Below are positions 8,038-14,329 of a stretch of DNA of 18,681 nucleotides, piece after piece. The stretch spans positions 1-18,681 of the forward strand of contig JANXDM010000004.1 of assembly GCA_025058615.1 (NCBI GenBank), given 5' to 3'. Origin of the DNA: Candidatus Pacearchaeota archaeon. Its GTDB lineage: Archaea > Nanobdellota > Nanobdellia > Pacearchaeales > UBA284. The notes under the pieces were generated by a model, which ran no database searches, had not been told where the DNA came from, and worked only from the letters and a program-made list of their open reading frames with translations. The translations under genes were made by a program, and so were the position numbers. Each line of letters opens with the position of its first letter. Positions within the stretch are counted from its first letter, which is position 1.

Positions 8038-8219
8038 GTTTTTATTGCGTAATCACCCGGCTGCTTTATTTTTAATTTTTGTGCTATCTCACTTTTTTCC
8101 GTGTCAAAAATAATCATTCTTCCTTTCCAGCTCTCTGTGAATTCTGTTCCTTCGCATAAAGGACATTTCTCTTTTTCTGTGATTATTTTGCATTTTTTAC
8201 ATGCTTTTTCCTTTTTCAT
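8034..8219 (-). CDS. spt4: Transcription elongation factor Spt4 (RpoE'')
   Basis: Zinc ribbon CKKC...CPLC followed by SWKGRMIIFDTEKSEIAQKL. ATGA overlap with rpo7. Confidence 0.9.
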   Translation of the reverse strand: MKKEKACKKCKIITEKEKCPLCEGTEFTESWKGRMIIFDTEKSEIAQKLKIKQPGDYAIKT

Positions 8220-8815
8220 TTTTCTTTCTTTTCTTTCGCTTTTGTTTCAGCTTTGGCTGTTTTTTCTGCTTGGATTTTTGATTTGCGTTTTTCTTCTTCT
8301 ATCCATTCTATTTTTCCCAAACCTATTTGTCTCATTGTGAGTCCTATTTTTGGGGGCAATACTTTATAACTTATTGCTATTATCCTTGCCAAGCATAAAT
8401 CTCCTTTTTTTAAGCTTCTTTTTGAGTTTCTTCCTATTAAAGCATTGCTTTTGGAAAAGGATACAAAATCGTCCATTGTTTGGCTTATGTGTATCATTGC
8501 TTCTGTTACCCCGATGTTTATAAAAGCTCCAAAGTTTGTTATTTTTGTTACTTCTCCAAAAACAAGCTCGTGAAGCAAAGGTTTGAATACGAGCAAGCTA
8601 AAAGTCGAATCATAATAAGCAGCTGGATCTTCCGGAATCAAGATTCCTTCTCCGACCCGAGAAACATCAAGAACTTTTATGACAAAACCAAGTTCTTCGT
8701 CAACGTAGTTTTGGAATTGCTTTTCTAGCTGTTTTTTTATAGCTTCTTTTGGTTGTAGCGAAAATAATTCTGGTTCTACACGAACGTAGTCATCTATTTC
8801 TAAGATATAAAACAT
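8216..8815 (-). CDS. rpoE: RNA polymerase subunit Rpo7 (E') with S1 domain and Lys-rich tail
   Basis: MFYILEIDDYVRVEPELF...GEVTKITNFGAFINIG...KGDLCLARI matches Rpo7. I place the start at the internal ATG 8815 (MFYILE, the family-typical N-terminus) rather than the track start at 8923. Confidence 0.88.
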   Translation of the reverse strand: MFYILEIDDYVRVEPELFSLQPKEAIKKQLEKQFQNYVDEELGFVIKVLDVSRVGEGILIPEDPAAYYDSTFSLLVFKPLLHELVFGEVTKITNFGAFINIGVTEAMIHISQTMDDFVSFSKSNALIGRNSKRSLKKGDLCLARIIAISYKVLPPKIGLTMRQIGLGKIEWIEEEKRKSKIQAEKTAKAETKAKEKKEK

Positions 8816-9021
8816 TTTAAAAATAAATAATACGATTTTTTCTTGCTTTTTAAATTTTTTTAATTTTTGCTTTACAGAACTCTTTTGTATTCTGCCAGGA
8901 TTTCTTCTAATTTTTCTATGCATTTGTCACAAAGTTTTTACCTTCACGACGCATCACGCTTTTTTGGTTGAAAAGATCACTTGTAAAGCACATAATAATT
9001 TTTCAAAGTTGACTCTAGATT

Positions 9022-9408
9022 TTAATATTCCTCGACAATCAACTTTTTTTGTCTTACTATAATGACTTTTTTGTTTTGTGCTTTCAATTTTTTCTTTAAT
9101 TCTGAATCCATCGTTGCTACAACAACATCATTTTCTTTGGAAAAATCTAGAATTGCTTCGTCAACATTTTTTTTTGTTTTTAAGTATTTCGCTTCCCCTT
9201 TTTTCACCCATTTTTTTATTATTTCCATTGCAAGAATCGCTGCTTCTCTGTCTTGCAATTTCTTTTTTTTGTTTTTGCTTATTCTTTCTAGTTCTACAAT
9301 TACTTTATCCAAGATGATAAATTTGTAGCCGAGAGTTTCTAGATTGTGAAACAATTTGTATTTTGCGGCGTAAACCAAAAAATTTGTGTCGAAAATTAGT
9401 GATGGCAT
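9022..9408 (-). CDS. PIN-domain nuclease, Fcf1/Utp24-like (COG1412 type)
   Basis: MPSLIFDTNFLVYAAK...ILDKVIVELERI...VDEAILDFSKENDVVVATMDSELKKKL carries the acidic PIN residues in Fcf1-like spacing. The start is trimmed to ATG 9408, leaving a 13-nt overlap with the GNAT stop. Confidence 0.7.
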   Translation of the reverse strand: MPSLIFDTNFLVYAAKYKLFHNLETLGYKFIILDKVIVELERISKNKKKKLQDREAAILAMEIIKKWVKKGEAKYLKTKKNVDEAILDFSKENDVVVATMDSELKKKLKAQNKKVIIVRQKKLIVEEY

Positions 9409-9887
9409 TTTTTTATTTTTTTTGTAAAAATTATTCCTGTTTTGTTGATTCCGAACCAATCTTTGATTTTTGCACTTTCTTTGAACCCGTTCTTGATATA
9501 GAATTTTTTTCCTGAAACATCTTTGTTTTCAAGATCCACGCACAAAAGATAATACCCTTTTGGTAGTTTCTTTTCAGCTTTTTTCAATAAAATAGTTCCT
9601 ATTTTTTTTCTTCTGTATTTTTTGTCTACCACAAAAAAATAAATCCACGCTTTTGGTTTATCGAGAACCTTAACTATTATTGCTCCTAGTAATTTCTTGT
9701 CTAGGAAGGCTCCAAAACAAATACCATTTTTTATAGCTCCTTTGATGAATTTTCTTGTGAGCCACAGCTCTCCTTCGAAGGCTTGCACCCCTAACGAGTA
9801 TACTTTTTCTGCGTCTCTTTCTTTGATCTTTTTTATTACTAATTTTTTTATTACTAATTCATCCAGTTTCGTCTTGCTTGTTTTCAT
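9396..9887 (-). CDS. GNAT family N-acetyltransferase (RimI/Ard1-like)
   Basis: Acetyl-CoA motif VVDKKYRRKKIGTILLKKAE (Q/RxxGxG/A type), then YIKNGF. Confidence 0.8.
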   Translation of the reverse strand: MKTSKTKLDELVIKKLVIKKIKERDAEKVYSLGVQAFEGELWLTRKFIKGAIKNGICFGAFLDKKLLGAIIVKVLDKPKAWIYFFVVDKKYRRKKIGTILLKKAEKKLPKGYYLLCVDLENKDVSGKKFYIKNGFKESAKIKDWFGINKTGIIFTKKIKKCHH

Positions 9888-10398
9888 TTTTTGAAAATTC
9901 GTTCCTGGGCAAATTAAAATAATCGTAGAATTTTTCAGTCAGACTTAATTCTAAAGTTCTGCCTAATTTTTTTCCTCGTACAAGACCAGCAATCATCAAA
10001 TGCTTTATATGCTCGTAAGCTTTGTTTCCCCTTATCTTTACAACCACGCTTTGCTTTATCGGCTGCTTATAGGCTATTATTGCCAAAGTTTCTTGTTCTG
10101 CTTTACTGAATTCAGCTTTTCCTGTTGCAAGTTTATTCATCAAATAATGGAATTCTGGCTCGACATCCATTTTGTAATATTCTTCCTCTTTGTCTTTTTC
10201 ACTAAATTTTTGTTTCACTATACAGATTGAAGAATCAATATTCTTGTATTTTTCTTCGAGCTTTGAAAGCAATTCTCTTATAGTTATAGGGTTTATTCCA
10301 GTAATTTTCGTTAGCTCTCCTATAGACATAAACTTTGCAGAAAGAAAAAGAACTGCTTCTATTTTTTTCATCAATTCTTTTTCTTTTGTTTCTTCCAT
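9859..10398 (-). CDS. scpB: Segregation and condensation protein B (ScpB)
   Basis: IEAVLFLSAKFMSIGELTKITG...ETLAIIAYKQPIKQSVVVKIRGNKAYEHIKHLMIAGLV reads as the tandem winged-helix ScpB pattern. Confidence 0.85.
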   Translation of the reverse strand: MEETKEKELMKKIEAVLFLSAKFMSIGELTKITGINPITIRELLSKLEEKYKNIDSSICIVKQKFSEKDKEEEYYKMDVEPEFHYLMNKLATGKAEFSKAEQETLAIIAYKQPIKQSVVVKIRGNKAYEHIKHLMIAGLVRGKKLGRTLELSLTEKFYDYFNLPRNEFSKNENKQDETG

Positions 10399-10439
10399 AG
10401 TCTTTCTTCTTTTTTAAAGCTTTAATAAATTTATCACTT

Positions 10440-10709
10440 TCACTTAGCTTTTTTTCCAAATAAATAAGCGATAAGTACCGCAATTATTGTTACAAAGATA
10501 GCTATTAATAAAAGCCAAAAATGGTTTTTTCCACCTTTTTCTATGACTGGCTTCATAACAGCCTGAACCCAATTATTCCATTGAAGTGCTGCAACAAATC
10601 CAAACGCAGAAACTACAAGCGTTGCTATTTTTTCTTTTATATGTTCCTTTAGTTCTTTTGCTTTTTCTTTTATTTTTTCTTTTATTTCTTCCCTATTTTT
10701 CATTTTCAT
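10440..10709 (-). CDS. Small membrane protein: charged N-terminus plus two predicted TM helices
   Basis: Lys/Glu-rich MKMKNREEIKEKIKEKAKELKEHIKEK, then hydrophobic segments ATLVVSAFGFVAALQWNNWV and FWLLLIAIFVTIIAVLIAYLF. Packed between scpB and aRF1. Confidence 0.6.
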   Translation of the reverse strand: MKMKNREEIKEKIKEKAKELKEHIKEKIATLVVSAFGFVAALQWNNWVQAVMKPVIEKGGKNHFWLLLIAIFVTIIAVLIAYLFGKKAK

Positions 10710-10718
10710 TTGCTTTGC

Positions 10719-11831
10719 TTATTTTGGCTTTTCTACGGCAAAACGCAAAATCGCTCCTATACCCCCAAGGTTTTTGAATTGAATTCCTTCTTGTGTTTCT
10801 TCCGACACTAGTTCTACTTTCGCTCCTGTTAGAGAAGCTTTTTCTTTCAATTCTTGTTGTAATTTTTTATCTGTGTTTGTTGATAAAATTAAAATTTCTA
10901 CTGCACCAACTTCTAACGCCTTTTTTACATGTTCTAGGCCATAGGCAGCATACATCTTGTTCTTGCTAAGCATACTGAAAAATTTGTTCAACAATTGTTT
11001 TTCTTTCATTATTTCTTCTTGCTGTAATACATCTTGGCTCGCATGTACAAGCTCTTCCAAACCTTGTTCGTTAGTATAACTGACGTCTTTTATTGCTATG
11101 ATTTTCCTTTTCAAATCAGAGACCAAGTCCCCTTCTTTTAACCATTCTTCTTTTGTTGGGCCCGGTCCTCCCAAAAGCAAGCCTTTGAGTCTTGGTCTTT
11201 CGAAAAAAAGTTCTTTTACATGTTCTGAAATACGTCTGTAAAATTCTTTTGCCATTTCTTCGGTTAACCTATCAAATCGCGCTGCAGAAGAGCCACCTGT
11301 TTTGAATTTTCCAGGAACTCCGGAAGTCAAGTGTTTTAATTTTATTATGCTTTTCCCTTCGAGAAGCCCTATTGTAGCTTCTCTTCTATCGAGCACTATC
11401 AGACCATAAACATCTTTTGCTTCGAGCATTTCTTTTAAAGGATCAAGAACAAAGACCTGGTCGCATCTGTAAAGTTTTGTCTTCAAAGGTTGTGGCGGTT
11501 CTATTACCCATAACCTTATATCACTTTCTCCTTCTTTCTTACTTATATTTCCACAGAAAATAGCAAGACCGTTCTTTGGTAATTCTTTATAAAGTTTGAG
11601 ATGTCTTATTATTCTTTCTAACGCATCTATCACATTTGTTCTTGTTGTTTTGCTTTTTATGTTTTGTGCAGTACTTTGCTCTGCAATTACTTGGGAAGCA
11701 AGTTGACTCAAACTAGATCCTGCAGAAGCATAAATAGTTATTAGTTCAGTGTGTCTTCCTTTATAACTTTCTAATTCCTCGATTAGTTCCTTTAGTTTTT
11801 GCTTTTTTTCTTCTTCCATTTGGTCATACAA
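10719..11831 (-). CDS. prf1: Peptide chain release factor aRF1 with a non-canonical GGS in place of GGQ
   Basis: NIKS (aa 57-60), YxCxxxF (YRCDQVF, aa 121-127), the conserved context VPGKFKTGGSSAARFDRL (aa 172-189) and a C-terminal GGIGAILRF. Codons 179-181 are ggt ggc tct at 11297..11289. Confidence 0.9.
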   Translation of the reverse strand: MYDQMEEEKKQKLKELIEELESYKGRHTELITIYASAGSSLSQLASQVIAEQSTAQNIKSKTTRTNVIDALERIIRHLKLYKELPKNGLAIFCGNISKKEGESDIRLWVIEPPQPLKTKLYRCDQVFVLDPLKEMLEAKDVYGLIVLDRREATIGLLEGKSIIKLKHLTSGVPGKFKTGGSSAARFDRLTEEMAKEFYRRISEHVKELFFERPRLKGLLLGGPGPTKEEWLKEGDLVSDLKRKIIAIKDVSYTNEQGLEELVHASQDVLQQEEIMKEKQLLNKFFSMLSKNKMYAAYGLEHVKKALEVGAVEILILSTNTDKKLQQELKEKASLTGAKVELVSEETQEGIQFKNLGGIGAILRFAVEKPK

Positions 11832-14211
11832 AAAAAACTTCGAAATTTCCTTTTCCTATTTCTCGCGCAGCTGTTACGGCTTTCAGATCTTGCAACATTT
11901 TTTCTTTTTCTAACACATCGTAATCTTCTTCTTTTATCTTTAGAATTATTTCAGTTCTTAGTGATTTGTTGGCTCTTGCTTTTTCTCTTCTTACTCTTTC
12001 CAAAATTTTCAAGAAGGTTCTGCCTGCTTTCAAGATTTCTTCTTCTTTTTTTCCTATTTTCTTGTATTTTGGCCATTCTGCCAGATGTACAGATTTGCTT
12101 TTTTCTTGTTCTTTGAAGTAATTTTGCCAAATATATTCTGTCATGTGCGGCAATATCGGAGCAAGCATTTTGAGAAGAGAAACAAAAGTTTCGTAAAGAA
12201 CATAACGTGCAGAATTTTTTTCTTCTTCCTTTCCTTGATAAAGTCTAAACTTGAGTATTTCTATGAAGTTATCACAAAAAGAATGCCAGAAAAATTTTTC
12301 CAAAAGAAGTTTCGCAGCAGTATAATCATATTTTTCCATGGCATCAGTAACTTTTTTTATTAATTCGTTTGTTTCTAAGAGGATAAATTTATCAAATCCT
12401 TGTAATTCTTTCTTTTTCGGTTTTTCTTTTGCATGAATTTTCAAAAATTGGAAAGCGTTCCATAACTTGATTAGCAATTTTTTTGCTGCTATAAATTCTC
12501 GTTCAGAAAACCACAAATCCTCACCTAGTTTTGCGCTTGCTGCCCAGAAATGCAACGCATCGGAACAATATTTTTCTATTATTTTTTCTGGTTCTATTAT
12601 GTTTCCTTTGCTTTTGGACATTTTCTTTCCTTTTTCGTCCAAGCACCAGCCGCTGATCATTATGTTATACCACGGAATATTTTTGTGAGCAAACCAAGAT
12701 CTTACTATTGTATTGAAAGCCCAAAAACTTATAATGTCATGTGCCTGCGGCCTTAAATCGAGTGGAAGCAATTTTTTTGCAATTTTCTTGTTTTTTTCTG
12801 CAACCAAATCTTTTACTATTTCAGGGGTTAAACTAGAAGTTGCCCAAGTGTCCATCACGTCTTTTTCTGGCACGAATTTGTTATATTTGCACTTAGGACA
12901 TTTCTTTGTGGGGGCTTCATCTTTTGAGGGATCGACAGGAAGCTGCTTTTCTTTTGCCAAAATTACTGTTTCACATCTCTTACAATACCAGACTGGAAAA
13001 GGTACACCAAAATAACGTTGCCTAGAAATGCACCAGTCCCATTGCAATCCCTTTACCCAATTTTCATAACGAGAAAACATATGTGCAGGAAACCATTTGA
13101 CCTTTTTTCCTAACTCTAAAAATTTTTCTTTCAAATCAAGGTATTTTATAAACCATTGTTTTGTGACTAAAAATTCTATTTTTGTTCCACAACGTTCGTG
13201 AACATTTACCGTGTGTTTTATCTTTCTTGTTTGTACTAATTTACCTTCTTTTTTCAGGTCCTCTATTATTGCTTTCCTTGCTTCTTCTATAGACATTCCT
13301 GAATATTTTCCTGCGAGGTTTCCAAGTTTACCCTCCTCGTCTATGATTTTCTTGTAAGGTAGACCGTATGCTTTCCACCATTCTATATCTGTCGTATCAC
13401 CAAAAGTGCAACACATTACTATTCCTGTCCCTTTGTTTATGTCCACGCGTCTGTCTTCAAGAATAGGAACAAAATGATTGTAAATAGGAACTATCGCACG
13501 ATTGTGCTTTAATTTTTTGTATCTTTCATCTTGTGGATTATAAAATACAGCAACACATGCTCCTAGCATTTCCGGCCGTGTTGTAGAAACAACAAAAGAT
13601 TCCATCTTTTCTGTTTCGAAAATTATGTCACAAAAGAAAGTTTCTTCTTCTTTGTCTTGTAGTTCTACTTGGGCAACTGCTGTTTTGCATTCTGGACACC
13701 ACATTATCGGAGCTTCCTTTCTATAGGAACGGCCTTTTTTGAAAAGTTCTATGAAGCTATACTGGGAAATTCTTTTGCATCTTTCATCTATTGTTCTATA
13801 AAGAAGAGAAAAGTCGGCGCTGAGTGCTATTTTTTTCCATACCTCTATCCATCTTTTTTCTATTTTTTCTGACTCTTCGAAGCATATTTTTTTGAATTTT
13901 TCTATTCCTATTTCTTTTGCTTTTTTTCCTAACTTCCTTTCTATGTATCTTTCTGTCGGCAATCCGTTATCATCAAAGCCAAAAGGATAAAGAACGTTAT
14001 AACCTTGCATTCTCTTGTATCTTGCAATTATGTCTTGATGTATGTAGCTCATTGCGTGGCCTATGTGGAGTTCTCCAGAAACTGTCGGTGGTGGAGTGTC
14101 TATAGAAAAAATCTTTTTTTTGGATTTTTCATCAAAAGAAAAAATTTTTTCGCTTTCCCAAAATTCTTGCACTTCTTTCTCGATGGCATGCAAATCAAGT
14201 CCTTCTTTCAT
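11824..14211 (-). CDS. valS: Valyl-tRNA synthetase (compact, 795 aa)
   Basis: IDTPPPTVSGELHIGHA (HIGH), KMSKS (GKKMSKSKGN), editing-domain motifs TTRPEMLGA and GTGIVMCCTFGDTTD, and DTWATSS. 8-nt overlap with the aRF1 start. Confidence 0.88.
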   Translation of the reverse strand: MKEGLDLHAIEKEVQEFWESEKIFSFDEKSKKKIFSIDTPPPTVSGELHIGHAMSYIHQDIIARYKRMQGYNVLYPFGFDDNGLPTERYIERKLGKKAKEIGIEKFKKICFEESEKIEKRWIEVWKKIALSADFSLLYRTIDERCKRISQYSFIELFKKGRSYRKEAPIMWCPECKTAVAQVELQDKEEETFFCDIIFETEKMESFVVSTTRPEMLGACVAVFYNPQDERYKKLKHNRAIVPIYNHFVPILEDRRVDINKGTGIVMCCTFGDTTDIEWWKAYGLPYKKIIDEEGKLGNLAGKYSGMSIEEARKAIIEDLKKEGKLVQTRKIKHTVNVHERCGTKIEFLVTKQWFIKYLDLKEKFLELGKKVKWFPAHMFSRYENWVKGLQWDWCISRQRYFGVPFPVWYCKRCETVILAKEKQLPVDPSKDEAPTKKCPKCKYNKFVPEKDVMDTWATSSLTPEIVKDLVAEKNKKIAKKLLPLDLRPQAHDIISFWAFNTIVRSWFAHKNIPWYNIMISGWCLDEKGKKMSKSKGNIIEPEKIIEKYCSDALHFWAASAKLGEDLWFSEREFIAAKKLLIKLWNAFQFLKIHAKEKPKKKELQGFDKFILLETNELIKKVTDAMEKYDYTAAKLLLEKFFWHSFCDNFIEILKFRLYQGKEEEKNSARYVLYETFVSLLKMLAPILPHMTEYIWQNYFKEQEKSKSVHLAEWPKYKKIGKKEEEILKAGRTFLKILERVRREKARANKSLRTEIILKIKEEDYDVLEKEKMLQDLKAVTAAREIGKGNFEVFFV

Positions 14212-14240
14212 TACCAGATTAAAGAGAATATTCTTTTAAA

Positions 14241-14312
14241 TTTTTTTATAAAAACAAAAAATATTTAAAGCTTGGAATTTTTTTTATAAAAACAAAAAAT
14301 ATTTAAAGCTTG
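14241..14312 (+). repeat. Tandem duplication (38-nt period) of a BRE/TATA promoter module in the valS / surface-protein divergent spacer
   Basis: tttttttataaaaacaaaaaatatttaaagcttg occurs at 14241..14274 and again at 14278..14312 with one extra T. Each copy contains aaaaacaaaaaatatttaaag (14250..14270 and 14288..14308). The TATA of copy 2 is centred about 26 nt upstream of ATG 14330. Confidence 0.85.
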
Positions 14313-14329
14313 AAAATCTCTTGAGAACA

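Noticed and set aside
8816-8923. 36-codon N-terminal extension of the Rpo7 ORF in the track (MHRKIRRNPG...)
   Set aside because: The family-typical N-terminus MFYILEI begins at the internal ATG 8815, with an AT-rich TATA-like stretch just upstream. The extension is basic low-complexity sequence read through the promoter.
9829-9859. 15-nt tandem duplication (ttttttattactaat x2) giving LVIKKLVIKK near the GNAT N-terminus
   Set aside because: It is real but trivial: a short slippage duplication in low-complexity AT-rich sequence outside the catalytic core, with no evident functional implication.
9022-9887. Overlapping GNAT + PIN gene pair as a toxin-antitoxin or defence module
   Set aside because: The PIN protein has the Fcf1/Utp24-like housekeeping pattern (DTNF...ELERI...ATMDSEL) rather than VapC with an upstream antitoxin. 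No small DNA-binding antitoxin ORF is present, and both genes sit in a long co-directional housekeeping array.
6793-12756. Numerous 60-160-aa plus-strand ORFs rich in F/L/S (e.g. 6798..7280, 7623..7958, 11799..12116, 12085..12363)
   Set aside because: All are antisense to strongly supported minus-strand genes. The poly-Phe/Leu composition is the mirror image of Lys/Glu-rich coding sequence.
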